DNA from: Callorhinchus milii
Taxonomy: Eukaryota
Direction: 5' to 3'
Assembly: GCF_018977255.1 (NCBI RefSeq)
Contig: NW_024704743.1
Span: 32,862,001-32,926,000 of the forward strand
Length of the DNA stretch: 64,000 bases
Shown one piece after another: positions 1-14,134 of the stretch (the first letter of the stretch is position 1; each line of letters begins with the position of its first letter). Under the pieces are notes generated by a model. The model worked only from the letters and a program-made list of their open reading frames with translations. It was not told the DNA's origin and ran no database searches. A program made the translations under genes and the position numbers.

Positions 1-95
1 TGCTGCTGGAGTCTAAACAGCTAAAACTGTGTAGCTTGTCATTGAAAACACTGTCTGGCAAGCTTCCTGCTGCTTGTTCAGCTCGGACCTCACTC
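1..95 (+). repeat. Unclassified interspersed repeat, family X, copy 1 (truncated by window edge)
   Basis: 43-83 is nearly identical to 512-552 (gaaaacac...ctggcaagcttcctgctgcttgttcagct) and homologous to the reverse complement of ~6420-6510. Confidence 0.75.
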
Positions 96-264
96 TGAGA
101 TGCTCCCCCACATAAAGGTCACTATGTAAATGCAGTTGTTGTTAGGAGTCTAAAAAATATTCCCCGAGAGCATTCACTAGCTACAGTCCAGATTTAGTTG
201 AAACTGCTGTAATATGCAGAAGAATGATTTGCTGCTCTCTAGTGGCCTATAATAAAACTAAAGT

Positions 265-615
265 TTTTGCTCAGCTGGGTATCTGGCACGTGCAGAAACC
301 CATCACCATGCTTTGAAGTATCCAAACCAGACTGATAGTTGCATACATCTCACCTATACATGGAAAATCGTGTCTGGGATCCACACTCTCTCCCTGGAGG
401 GATACACCCTGCTTACCTTATTCCAGAGAGTATTAGGTTGGCGGGCTAGCAAGAGTCAAGGCTTAGCAATCCCACCAGAGTGTGCGTTGGGATCCTGCTG
501 GAGTTTGCCAATGAAAACACCAGCTGGCAAGCTTCCTGCTGCTTGTTCAGCTAACACCACCCTACATACCTTTTAGGGTTTTGGCTTGCAGGGAACTGAG
601 TGAGAAGAATTCACC
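265..615 (+). repeat. Unclassified interspersed repeat, family X, copy 2
   Basis: Aligns by eye to the reverse complement of ~6365-6735 (e.g. ctctctccctggaggga..c.ctgcttacct.attcc..agagta.tagg); followed by an L2-type tail at ~630-693. Confidence 0.75.
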
Positions 616-3600
616 ACAGACTCTGCCACTGTCAAGCGCTCCGGGACGCTACACCGGGTGAAGGGCGCTATATAAATGCAAGTTATTGTTGTTGTATCTC
701 ATTCTTGTTTGTAGGTGCACTTTGCTAATGCAAATTAGCTGCTGCCTTTGCACCTGGATAAAATTGATCATTCACTTTATGACTGTTTGTGGGACACTGT
801 TATGTGTAAATTTGCTGCTGCGTTTGCCTACAAATGCACAGTCACTATATTTTACATTTAAATCTTGTGAAGCATTTTGAGATGTCTTGATGATGTTATA
901 AATGCCAGTATCAAATGTATCAAATGCCAGGATTATTATTAAAACATTAATTTTATTCCAGAGTTCCACTATCTTGGTCCACCCCTCCCACCTCTCCTTT
1001 AAGGCATGTCTCAAAACATACCTCTTCGACCACGCTTTTGGTCAACCCTCCCCGCCCGCCTTGGTTCCCACCCACAGGTTGGGTGCCCATCCAGCACTGT
1101 GAAGCATTTTGTGACATTCCCCCTGATGTGAAACATGTCATATACATGTACATTGTACTGTAAATGCCAAGGAATATTATAAATTGTACTGTACTCTGTA
1201 AAATACTTTGACATATTTACTATATGTGAAGACCTTGTTCATAAATTGTTATCCCTGCTATAGTGTGTGTGTGGGTGGGGGGAGCATGAGGAAAGGAAAG
1301 TGGTAGTAGATGACCACTCTGCAGTCAGAACTGGAGCCTATCCTCAGAGCAACTGCACATTGGTATCTTTCCCAATATGAACCTTCAGCTGCTGGTACAA
1401 TACTTATCTCCTGAGTGAGCCTGGCATCTAAGAGATATGTGGAAAGAACTGGAAAGCTGGGATTGACTTAAAATAACAAAGATAGCAGAGACCCAGATGT
1501 AAGAGATGGGAATGCCGCAGAGCGAGGGGTAGCAATGGCACAAACATGAGGTGTAGCAGTAACACAGACCTGATGGGCTGAGCTACCTGTGCTGGAAATG
1601 TCTGTGCTTTCTATTTTTCTGCCATTTACGTAACATAGAACTAAGTGCTGGCTACACACTGTTGATACTGTGCCTCAGGCTTCAAATTGCTGCAACACTG
1701 CACTTTGAGGGACCTTTATGAAAGGATGTATAAAATGCAAGGGAAAATCCACATCAGCTGTTACTGTGAGCCTGCCCTGGGGCATTAGAGGAAGTGCTGC
1801 TTTTACCTCCATAATGTAAAGTACAGATTGTTTGGAAAAGGGATGAGTATTTGGTGGGAACTGTTCTTTTCTCCAAATTATTTAATTGTCAGCCTGAAGG
1901 AGATGTTTTATCTTTACCCTTTGCAGAAGGAACAGCAGGTGTCTGGTAGCTGCATGCTATCTGGTGGTAGGAATGGTAGTGCTTTGTATCTTTTATTACC
2001 ATTGTTTGAGCCAGCTGTTTGGATAACTAAGCAAACTTATCTGATATTTTAATCCCCATTTAACATCAGAATCTAAATGTTCATTTGGGAAAACACATTA
2101 TTATTTAATCATTTTTTTGCTCAATTAGAAAAATTCTTTTAAAAGATACATTGCTCTCTATTACTGTAATGACCCTCCTCAGGGAGGATGCTAACTCTTG
2201 CCGGGATAAGGTTTCAAGAGTGCTCGTCACTGTTTCAGTCACCTTCCCCCAGCTCGGCATCAGGCTCCACCACTGTTAAGCGCACCGAGACCCTACCCTG
2301 TGTGAAGGACAGTGAACATGCTAGGTCTGGAAGCCTCTGGAAACTCTCCGAAGAGTCAGTCTTTACATGTGATCCCACACAGTGATTGCCAATAGGCTAT
2401 TTAGCCATGTGGTCCATCATAGCCAATTCTGTACATGAATCACCCAAAGTTTGCATTTTTGTTTCTTGCCTGCAAAACCATATTAAAAACCTACCACTAT
2501 CACCATGCCTTTGACCAATATCCTCGAAATCCCCTTCCTTGCTATCCTGATCAGTGATGGTGCCTTTCATTTTAATACTTTGCGGCGTTATCCTATATAA
2601 AATGATCTATGCAAGTGTAAGTTCTGTTTATCACACACACACATCTTCCTGCAGGGCTATGGGATATTGATCAGGAAAAGGCAGTTGTGGTTCCTCTTTA
2701 GACCAAATGTTCACAACAACATTCATTTTTTAGCGCCCTTCAAGCAAGGTAGTGTCTCCGAGCGCTTCACAGTGGTGGATCCTGATGCTGAGCTGGGTGA
2801 CCATACACACGGTGCAAGATGAAGGTCTTAAGGCATGGTCCGAAAATGGGGAAGGAACTGGCAAGGCAGAGGGCTTGAGGGAGAGAGTTTCAGAGTTTAG
2901 GACAAATGTAGCGATCCAATTGATACCCTGGATCAGATAAGATGACTCAGACGTATTTAGCAGAGTTAGGATTCTGTTAGTGTAGGTGAATGTTTCATTT
3001 TATGCTCAGTCATGCCAGTAGGTGACAGTCTATTCCATAAATTCACAGCTCTGTGTGAAATAGTTACTGAAGCTGTGTTTAACTCGAATTTTCCTTGACT
3101 TACAATAGTGTTCCCTAGTCTCCTCCTCCTCCTCAATTTGCAACAAGAATTGAATTGAAATTCACTTTGCTGATCCTTTCATGATATTAAGCATTTAGAT
3201 CTTATGCATAAGCATCTTATGAGTCGAATTCATGACAATTGCTACCTGTAAAACACTTTATAATTGGAAATCCCATTACAAACAAGCAAGAAAGGGAAAG
3301 GAGTGTCCTGGCTCACAATCCCAAGATAAAATTGGTCATTCACTTCATGGCAGAGTGCTATGGACGGACAACTCATCAAACTTACTTAGCTATTTTATGT
3401 TGTGTCTGTCCTGATCTTTTTACTCCTGTTTTATCCATTCTTTCTCCATCTATTTCCCTTAGCACACTTACTTCCCAGGTATCTATCTGTCTTCTTTCTT
3501 AAACACCTCAACAAATCTTACGTTGATAACCTTCTCGAGCAGTAATTCACATACCCATTTGTAATGTTTTATGGATTGACTTTTAAGCAAATGAAACCTT

Positions 3601-6364
3601 TTTTTTTGCGATTGCAGAAGCTGGTAACTCAGCCCAGATGGTTTGTCTCTGAGCAGTAATTATTTTCCAAAGTGTTTGCCTTCGCTGTGCCAGATATAAC
3701 ACAAAGGAGTCTAAAATGCAAGCTGGGCTAATAGTTTTAAGACATTCCCCTGTTCAGGAAGGTGATGCTAGAGGACTAGTTTAATGGCATAACTACCATC
3801 AATTTACACCACTTTGCATTTTCAATAGAGAACTGGAATGAAACTAAAGGGTATTTCAGGAGGTTCAAAGCACATGCATTGCACTGCTTATGCTGCCAGC
3901 TGCAGACTGGATTTTGGCGACATTGGGTCTCCTCTGACCTCCAATTAGCAGTGTAAATGAGATTTTAAAAAAAGCTCCGCGCTGAGAGCCTCACTGATAT
4001 CAGTCATGCAACAGGCACCAATGAAAGATAATGAGATCTTAAATAAAAAATGAATTCAAATCAATATTGATGTTACATTTATTTCAGCAGCAAGGCAGTA
4101 ATCAGTGAAAACTCAAGACAGTTTCCATTAGTACACAGTAAAGCTCCAACAATGCTTGGGTGATCAACAATGAAAAGCAGGAAGAAAATGCATTGTATCA
4201 TCTGCTCCCACAGTTAATGAAAACACGCTCCCTACTCAGTGAAAACGTGTTGCTAAACAGTATTTTAGGTGGTTTTAAAGGTTTTTCTTCACGGTGTGGT
4301 GTACAATCATTCACTATTACACAAATAATGCATAACTGATTTCGCCCACAAATATACGGTCAATTCACTTTACGGTCTATTCTGTGAAGCGCTTTGAGAC
4401 ATCGAGAAGACGTGAAAAGCGCTATATCAAATGCAAGGATTATTATTATTAAAGAGAAAATGATAATAAATAATAATAATCCTTGCATTTGATGTAGTAC
4501 CTTATCACGTTGTCTAAATGGAATTTTACTGTAAAATGTTTGTCTGGGTATTTGGAGATGAATACTGCAGCCAATTAGCACACAGAAATGTTCCTCAAAC
4601 AGCCATGAAGTGATGGACTAATTCTGAATTGCTCTATTGGAAGCGATGACAAGTCACTTCAGCAGTGGCAATCCACCATACAATAATCCAGACTCTTTTT
4701 ATAGACACCTCTCCAAATTATTGTTAAATTCACAGCGTTTTTGGGTTTAACCTGACTAGATTTCACTCAGTAAAGTCCATTCAATGTAAAAAGTAGGATT
4801 ACCAGGTAGATTATCTCACTGTGCTGAAACTGCATTTTCTCTAGCACACCGCTGTTCATTCTGAAAATCCCTATTCAGTGATAAATAATTGCACTTTGTG
4901 GGAAATAATAAAGCAGAGTTCAGCAGGAGGTTGATGCATTCAGAGGAGTTAAAATGTATTTAAACAGGCAGCCAACAGTTTACCAGCAAAAACAGACTAT
5001 AAACCATTCAGTGAGCAAAACCACAGTGCCATTTGTATTATGGAGAACAATCAACATTAAGTATTAAATTAAGGTCACCAGTGTTTTTGCACGTTTCATT
5101 ATGGAGTGAACACTAAATAGATAGTTAGGGTCTAATCACCTCCCAGTAGTCAGAGGCCAGCTGCAGCTTCTTGACCAATAGTGCTGCTCAGCCATCATAA
5201 GTGTGGGGAGGGGAGGAATGTTTACCTTTAATTCATGCCTTCAGCAAATAAATAAACAGCAGCACGCGGGATTGTACTTGTCCAAGGACTGCTGTACCTA
5301 TTAGAGCTGTTTTTTACACTACAGGGTCAAGCGCATATTCAAGCCTCATAAATGAACCTGCCAACAACTGGGCATCGAATTGCAGATGCTTTGCCTGGCC
5401 TTTTGACTGCTTAGGTCCCAGGGAGACTCCCACTCATCTTTCACACCCACCACCACCAACAAAGAGAATTATGTTAGACAATGTGCTTATCCAGTGAATG
5501 CATTTTGTTATTGAGGAACGAAAATGCTTCACTGAGAGTGACTGACCATTTTAACAAGGGAATCTAAAACAAAGAAAGGTGCATTTCTTGAAAGCAAATT
5601 GTAATTCCTAGAACAGAGGGGTGTCCAAAGACCTAGTTACTTATATGCTTGAAAATATTTGGAAAAGGGTTCAGTTTTGAGTGGTCTGTAAAAATGTAAT
5701 TATATGGATGTAACTAGTGGTTAGGATCAAAATACCCTACAATTAAAAGAGATTGCAGAGAGTCAAGAGACATAGGCCACTGTCTGCAATCTTCTGGGTC
5801 ATGGACCCTTCCTATTCTGCTTGGTAAGGTAGCCAATGAAATCTTGCAAAACTGACTTACAATATTCATTGTCTATAATTATTGCAGTGCATGAAGTAAA
5901 AAAAAATTGGGAGGGTTTTACTGTTGATCTGAACATATTGCCTGTAAAAATAATATGGATGCTCCAAAGTCAATGAGCAGGATTCAGCATTTGGTTTCAC
6001 TGTGGCTGATGTCCAACTTTCTTCAGAGTTCAACTTTCTGGAGGACCTAGAGAGACTTCTTCCTTTGTTCTGGACTTAGTTTCTTGAAATAGTGACTATC
6101 CTCTGGAGGGGGAGCTGCCTCCAAGGTTACATCCTTGACCACAGAATGTCAGAATTGAGTCAATCCTCTGTGTTGGTCTCAAGAGCCTGGCTACTGAACC
6201 ATGTAGGTTTGCTGTACTTCAGGCCACTGCTGATGACAGTCAACAACAAGAACTTGCACTTATGTAGAACTCTTCGTGGAGGATTATGTCCTGGAGTGCT
6301 TTAGAACAATCAGTCTGGCTGGTGAGCAGGGCTTGGAGCATCAGACGAGGCACAAGAACAGGGA

Positions 6365-6735
6365 TTTTTCACACTCAATGCTGCAAACCTCCAAGGTTAA
6401 AGCTCTAACCGATAGAGTGGTCCTGGCTGGACAAGTAGCAGGAAGCTTGTCAGACAATTCTCCCAACAGCACGTTAAAAGTTTTTAGCTGGTTAAAGTCC
6501 AGCAGTATCCCCAACGCAACCTGGAGTCTCCAAGCATTGGCTTGTGCCAATTTGTACCTATTACTCTTAGGAATTAGGTAAGCAGACTGGGTCCCTCCAG
6601 GGAGAGAGTACACACTCCATTCCAGACACAGGGAAATTTCAATGGCTATGTAGCATGCAAATGTGGAACTTTTTTGGATACTCTTAAGGATGGTGATGGA
6701 TTTCCGATTGTGACAGACACTAAGCTGACCACATT
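6365..6735 (-). repeat. Unclassified interspersed repeat, family X, copy 3 (may extend ~6000-6950)
   Basis: Homologous to 265-615 and ~58050-58250; one frame stays open: RKSITILKSIQKSSTFACYIAIEISLCLEWSVYSLPGGTQSAYLIPKSNRYKLAQANAWRLQVALG... Confidence 0.7.
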
Positions 6736-9524
6736 TTTTCCCCTTAAAATATTGGAATCTCCATCTGCTAGTTTCTTCAGATCTATAAGGCTTAATTTGA
6801 TAGGCCTACTACTTGACATTTTCAATAGTTCCTGGTTGAGTGGCATTGAAGCTGGGATGTTCCGGTCTGTGTCACTTAGTTCCACACTGGAGAGTGTTGT
6901 TACCAACTAAGCTATTAGAAGCTACCTCTCATTGACTTGAAGATCCATTTTCACATGTTTGCAAACAAGTAACAAGTTGTTTGTCAAATACATTTTTGCT
7001 CCTTTAAATATTTCTTATATTTTGTCCGATTTAGATCTTAGAATTGGTTTGATTTTATTTTCAGAATTATAAGAATGTAAAATTACCGTTTCTGCAACTC
7101 AATTATTGTCAGCGATCTTTCTCACCCTTCTACTTCGGGTGGTTTCACATATTTGTGGACTTATCTAACCATCTAATAGCTTCCACCTCATAGTGCAGTT
7201 GGCCCACTGTAATAAACAGATACCTTGGCACTAAGTGACTGTTAGCTGTGATGTACCTCACTGTATAACCTAATGGTTATACTGACGTTAGTGCACATGC
7301 ATTAGTTTCAGTAAACAACTGTTGCTACTGAGCAATAACGGAAGGCAATCATTGCAGAGCTAATGGTTACGTGACTTTCAATGAGTAGCAGTAATGCCAA
7401 CCTTGGAATCAGATCTTCTATCCAATAGAAGGCCTACTCTCGAACTGAAAGGAACATTGGGGAATCAAATCTGTATTATTTCTTAAGGAATCAGAGTCAT
7501 AGGAAAACGGGGAAAGGAGAAGAGCATTCAGCCCATTCAATCTGTTCCACTAGTTTATTAGATCTTAGCAGATCATTTAAGCCTTTTCTCCATACCCTTT
7601 AATACCTCTACTACTGTCTTCAATCATCTGGCTTATCTTTAATCATCTTTAATCACCTGTCTCTTAAACATACTTACTGATTACTCCTTCACTGCTTTCT
7701 GGGGAAGAGGATTTCAGATTTTCACAACAGGGATATAGTTACAATACTCATTTACATTTATGCAGTTATGGAGCATTTAATGTCGGGAGACGTCCCAAGG
7801 TGCTGGCTAGCCCAAGGTTTGTAACAGAGTTAGGGTTGGGGGGCAGAGAGAGGAGAATGATGTCTGAAAGTCAAATGAAGGTCCCGTGAGTTGACCAAAT
7901 CTCTGGTAGAGTGTTCTTAATACAGTATTAAGAAATACTATAAACTCTGGCTGTCTTGTGATGTAAAGGGTGTGCACTGCTGTTTCAAAGAAATGTGGAG
8001 TCTTTCTGCCAAATATCCTGCTTTACATTTCCCTCCTAAATCAAATTTACTCACAAATTCAAATTCACAAGCTGCTACACTGTGTTGTTTGCTGCATGTT
8101 GCCGGTGCAGATTGAAAGAAAAACTTGCATTTAATAGAACACCATTCACGTCGGGAGGACATCTCAAGGGGCACTACAGAATTTATCTGAATCAGCAGCC
8201 CATGTGATGCCCACAGCCTCCCACCTCACTGTCCTCTCTCTGGTGTCCATGGTGGTGAGTAACTACCCTGTACTTCGTTGTATACATTGGTAGAGATGCA
8301 TATGCAGTGCCAGAAAATGCATTATCAGCATCACTCCATTTCCAATCAATTATATTTTGTAAAGCACTTTGACATGTTACGTGAAAGGCATGATATAAAT
8401 GCAAGTTATTGTGTATAAATTAGAAGCCATTGGCTCTTTTGGAAGAGCTGCATTAGCTGTCCATTCTTTATGCTGCAGTCACATCACTGTCAGGCAAAGT
8501 GATGTTTTTAACATGGGTGGTTATATCAATGATTTGCACCAATAAAGTCCCAATTTTTAGGAATACTAGCAAAAAATTCAATTCTTTTGGAATTGCGTCA
8601 TGGGATATTTAAAATCTGCATTGAAGAACAGGCAGATGTGATCTTGGGTTTTTCATCTCACCTGAAAGAGAGTATCTTGTGTTTATAAACCCAAGCACTA
8701 AATAACAAACTGCATGAATGCAACTTTATCTATGTTGTTCTCCTGTGTTGAATAAAACATCTTTATTTCAGTACATAGGTATTACAAATGGTACAAATGA
8801 TACCTATGTTTGGCATTCTTAAAATGTATTTTTCGATTGTAGTAACATTCCATTCTTTTAACATACTCCCAATTCCCCTCACAACACCCATTTAATTCCC
8901 AAACTATGCAATGGACTCCCATAAGGTTGGCTGGAAATGCAATCCTGAGGTTGAGAGTGGGGTGTAAATAGGCTTCATTTGATCTTGGGAACTTGAGAGT
9001 GTTCAAGTCTGACATTGGGAACGTGTATTATGCTATGCCTACCAACCATAATATCTCTTGGCTTGAGAAGCACGTTGAGCTAAAAAAAATGTTCCCGTTA
9101 CTAAACAATTTTGCAAAAGCAAATTCGAAATGTTCGTGTGCAATGAGCGAGAATTAATTGCCAGGTGCTCAGTGAGTGAACATTTTGCTCCATCAATAAT
9201 TAATATCAATTCATACATTTTTAAAATACTTAGTTAACCAGACACCTTTGAATTTACTTTTGTTATTAAAAGATACCTTTGCTGCTCCTTAATATTTCCG
9301 GGGATAGTATTCCATTGTTTCTGTTTACTGAATATCTTTCTGAACTCTGAAATAGGTTTACTATAAAATCAAAGTAAACTGAATGCAGCCCCACTGAGAT
9401 TATTCGACCCTCTCTCCCTGAGCAGTTGCAGTACAGTACTTGAATTTATGTAAACACCTCATATGAATTAAGCCATAATGTGATGTCTGGGAATTGGGCA
9501 AATACTGTACTTTTCATGTTTATA

Positions 9525-10312
9525 CTGACAGCATCACCATCCATGGTTGCACCCTTCACCTTACTAAGCCAGACCTTGGGGTCTTATTTGAGCTTCAACT
9601 ATCCTTTCTACCCCACATCTGTGCCATGGCCCACTCTGCCTTCTCCCATCTCCGCAATATCGCCTGGATCCGCCACTGTCTCGCTCTGCAGGCCACCGAA
9701 ACCCTCATACACACTTTCATTACATCAAGGCTTGGCTATGCAAACTCCTTGCTTATCAGCCTCCCCAACTCCTCCCTCCCAGGCTGCAGATCATCCAGAA
9801 CTCTGCAGCCCTTGTCCTCTCCTGCACCAGGCTCCGTGACCCTATCACCCCCATCCTCGCCCGACTCCATTGGCTTTCCATCATACAGAGGATACAGTTC
9901 AAGATCCTGGGCCTCACCTTCAAAGCCCTCCATGGTCTTGCTCCCCCCTACCTCTGTGAACTCCTAACCCCCTACCATCCTGCTTGCTCACTCCGCTCAG
10001 CGGGTCCTTGCCTACTTCACCTCCCCCGCCTTGCTTACCCCACTATTGGCGGGCGTGCCTTCTTCCACTCTGTCCACACCCTCGAGAAATCCATTCCGCA
10101 GTCCCTCCACCTCGCCCCCTCCCTTGTCTCCTTCAAGACCCATTTCAAGACCCTCCTCTTCGACCCTGTTTTTCATCTCTCTGCTTCTCCCCTGCCCTCC
10201 ACCCTACCCAATCCCGTCCCCCAGCTCGGGTCTGAAACTCTGTCTGTCCAGCGCCTTGGGATGTCCTCCCTATGTGAAAGGCGCGATACATAATGTAATT
10301 TTGTTGTTGTTG
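9525..10312 (+). mobile_element. L2-clade LINE, 5'-truncated 3' fragment
   Basis: ORF2 C-terminal motifs LIHTFITSRLGYANSLLISLP, LHW, FKIL.LTFKAL.GLAPPYL with frameshifts; 3' tail gcgccttggg...gtgaaaggcg...(TTG)n. Confidence 0.9.
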
Positions 10313-10924
10313 TTTTCACTCGACGAGTACAGAGATTGGGCTTACACTCCTTCACAGCCATAACCAAATTTTCATGCACGGCATTTTACATTTACACCTA
10401 CATTAGGGGCTCCTTCTGTGCAGAAAATGTCTTATTTTTTATTTTATAATCATTTTATTATTATTTCTATTTTAAATGAATCTAGCATTTACCTAATTTA
10501 TTACTAAAATATGAAAGTTAAATGTTTAAAACATTAAGGTACCTACCATTTATGCAACTGTATGCTTATAGTATTGTACAAATGGAAGTTGTTGTTTGGT
10601 TGGATAAACTTAGACCCTTTATTACAACAAGGCACACAAAGAAAAATGGCCACCATCAGCACTTCCAGGTTGCCAATATGCTGTTGATGTCAGTTCCTGC
10701 ATGTCGTGCATATGCGCAGTGTGTCACGTAGCTGCCGAGACACTCATATCTCCCAACATTTCAAGTGGCAAAAGAGGGACAAAATAATAATAAACAATTT
10801 CATTCTTAATTTCAACTGCTTCCATTACTATTCAGTCTTTTTTTTTCGGCTGGACAAACCAGTCTATTTGGCAGATTTTGCTTTTGTGCACAGCCCAGGT
10901 GAAGATTGCCACTGGTGACACCTC

Positions 10925-11975
10925 ATCTAGGAAAAGATGTTGATTTTCATTGCCGATACAGCACTTAGTGTATTCTTCACTGTTGTTACCTCTTCATACA
11001 CATTGGGCCCAGATTGCTGGTTGAGAGGATTTTTTCCCACTGAACTTCTCATGTTGGTTATTATTTTCCATACTATGCTGAATAGTCTTTCACATGAAGT
11101 GTTGCTATGGGGGATTAAACATATGAATATTAAAACATTTTGAAAATACAGAGAATCTTGCCTGGTCACTTACTGGGTTGTTCATTTGAGATATTTTATG
11201 CCAAAGGTCATTCATTCTTAGAGTGCTATCATAAGGACTTAAAGGCATTGCCTTTTTCATGTAATCCAATGCTTTGCAAAAAAATTGCACAGCTTGAACC
11301 AAGAATAATTTATATGGTCTTGTATCGATCATGTTTTCCTTTCAAATTTGTTATTTGTCTGAAAGCCAACAAACACGTCAGATGCCAGTAACTGCACACA
11401 GAAGTCCTTGTAGTTTAGTTCCATTATATATTCACCTGCAGCTGTTACAGAGAGTTGCACAAATCTCAAAAGAATATCTTTATATGGGGTTATCATTGCT
11501 GGGTGCAAATGAATGAATTAACAGTGCTTTGGTTTGGAGGTGTAAGCTGAACTTGCTAAACATGGGCAACACTGCATGCCAAATCAATAAATACACCTTT
11601 GTCAAAGGATTCTTAAAGCTTGTCAGTATTCTTCGTTCCTGTGATCCAACAGCACCTCATTGCTCTTCCTCATCAAAGATATTGACACAGTCGGAGTGCA
11701 GTGCATTCCAAGTAGCCAAGGTACATTCAATGGATCTCTCCAAAGACACACGTTTCACAATTTTCTTCACACTGGTATTGCAAAATGCCATGTATTCATT
11801 CAGTGATGCCACTCTTTTAACACTTCTCTGAAAGTGGTGGTAAACGTCAAGAATCAAATCCTCATCATTCACCTGCGATGATTTCGATGTGTGCCTCTGC
11901 CATTAAGTGCATGAGATGGCAGGGGCACCCCACTGCGTACACTTCCTGGTTTGTTGTTTGCTTGGCTTTAATTTG
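10925..11975 (-). mobile_element. Degenerate hAT-superfamily transposase (pseudogenised DNA transposon)
   Basis: Broken minus-strand frames give VYAVGCPCHLMHL (hAT CxxH motif), DVYHHFQRSVKRVASLNEY...WNAL and CLIPHSNTSCERLFS (hAT dimerisation-domain ERxFS motif); stops and frameshifts present. Confidence 0.85.
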
Positions 11976-12175
11976 TTTCATGCACAGAGTAGTTACCATA
12001 TGGAATGTCCTGCTGGGATCAGTGGCTGAGGCAGAATCTATATTAGCCTTCGAGAGGGAACTAGACAAATACTTTCAGTAGAACCAGCTACAGGGGTGTG
12101 GGGAAGGAGCAGGTAAATGGGACTGAAAGGATTGCTCTTGAGCGAGCCAACACAGACATGAATGGCCTTCTTCTA
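11975..12175 (+). mobile_element. CR1 LINE 3' end abutting or truncating the hAT relic
   Basis: HRVVTIWNVL...VAEAESILAFERELDKYF matches the CR1 ORF2 C-terminus. Confidence 0.8.
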
Positions 12176-13759
12176 CAGAATGCCTCGGAGGCCTGTATCA
12201 GGACCCTTCTTATTCTTTGTACTGTACAGTAGACATGTACAGTATACTCAGTGCAAGGAGTTTCACTTTGTAAATAATGTACAAAATTGGAGGGGGGCCA
12301 ACTGAGAGCTAATTATACTATTATTGAAATTTTAGTGCTGAATATGAATGACTAAGGAACAAACAAATCAGAGCGATATTTATTAAACACAGAGAGAAAA
12401 GCAGCAGCAAAACCAGTCCAAGCCGCAGAACATTGAAACCTCAAATTAAAGTTTGCAAATGAGTCCTTTAGAGATCAGAACATTCAAAAGCTGTGAAACA
12501 AAAGACACTGAAATATTGCCAGTACTTGTCACCATGGATTATTCCACACAAATGAGTCAAACCAGCCTCTTCCAGACAGTCCCTTCCACTGTATAAATGC
12601 AATTAGCAGTACAGTATAATGTTACACCTCATTCAAAATATTCGGAAAAACACCTGGGGGTTTATTGGAAGCTTATAGCAAAGACAAGCTGAATGAACCC
12701 TGCTGACAAGCTGACAGTTTGCAGGGGGTTTGTTACAGTAACAAGGAAACTCATTTGCTTCTTCTCCTTTCAAAGATGGGCATCTTTTATCACCTGTCTG
12801 TCTCACTGCTGGCAATCCATTAGTTGTGACCGTACGGTTCAAAATGTCCTTTCTCACAGATGTCTTATCTCAATGATATGTATTTGCATGTTCTTGACAG
12901 CTGTCATATCTGTCCCTCATAGCTCATCCTTGTTTAATACCCATTCGTGTTCCACTTATATTGAAGTGTATGGCGTCGCACAGATACTCAAATGTTGGGC
13001 AGATGCTTACAGAGAAAGAAATCTTACCAGAGATGACCCAGTCTTTCCACAGTGGGTATTCTGAGTTGTTCATTGATAACCATTCCATGCTCCTGTGTTG
13101 ACCACTCCAGCCTTGTTGATCACCTGTTGTCCCTCATCCATTTTGATTAACTGTTACCTGGTGGGTTTCATGAACATAATGTAATACCACCTGCCTACAG
13201 ATAAATTTAGGCCTATATTAATATTTAATACTCCTGCATATACATTGCATACTTAAAATCTCAGCTCTCCAATCTCCTCAATACAAATTGACATTGGGCT
13301 CAGCGGTAATGTGACATCACTACACTCCCCTTTCCAGCTGAAAGCTTGTGGGATTGAATGTTCCAGACAAAACGGCTAATAATGCCAATCGTGAATTTGT
13401 GCAATTAAACCTCTGAAGTGCCTGCCACTCACTGATCCTTACACCAACTACTTAAGACCACAAAATAATGTATGCAGTTGACTGAAGAACAGCATGACAG
13501 AGAAGTCAGAGATAAGTCCATGAACTGAATTGCTGGTATTCTGTTGGTCTGTAAATGGATTTTTTTCCAGAAACTTAGAAATTGCCTTTTTGATGTAAAG
13601 TAATTAATTTTCTATACCATTTCAGTATTTTGTTATTGATTACATTTCCTTATTTCAATGTTTACAATCTTATAAAAAAATTATTATGCATAGTAGTGTC
13701 AAAATCAACTTGAAAAAGTGGTGACTTTTCTACTAACTCCTGGTTATATCATGATATGT

Positions 13760-14134
13760 GGAGTCCTGTAGCTCAGTGGTTAGAGCACTCGTCTCGCAAG
13801 GGAGACACCAGGGTTCAATTCCCGGCAGGGCGAAATGTTGGGCAAGTTTTCTTGCTTCACATGCCTCTGTTTACCAAGCAGTAAGTAGGAACTCAGTTGT
13901 TAGTTGATTCACGGATCACTTTTCTGGGGTTAATAATTCCTTAGAAATCTAATAATAAATTGGTCACTTAATCCACGACTATTTGTGGAACACTGCTATG
14001 CGCAATTGGCTGCTGTGTTTCGTCCACAAAATATACAATCAATTCACTTTACAGTATATTCTGTGAAGTGATTTTAGACATCTCAAAGACGTGATAAGGC
14101 GCTATATCAAATGCAAGGATTATTTTTATTGTTA
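13760..14134 (+). mobile_element. Full-length tRNA-derived SINE, long form (tRNA-Ala-like head, Deu-like core, L2-type tail)
   Basis: Box A tagctcagtgg, box B ggttcaattcc, cgc anticodon-like loop, central ctgtttgtgg.acactgct.tgcgcaattggctgc, tail ...gcgctatatcaaatgcaagga(TTA)n; many copies in the window. Confidence 0.9.

Noticed and set aside
13760..13832. tRNA-Ala gene-like sequence (also at 34454, 45146, 45918 and others)
   Set aside because: Each continues directly into a SINE body and tail with no proper acceptor stem or terminator; these are SINE heads
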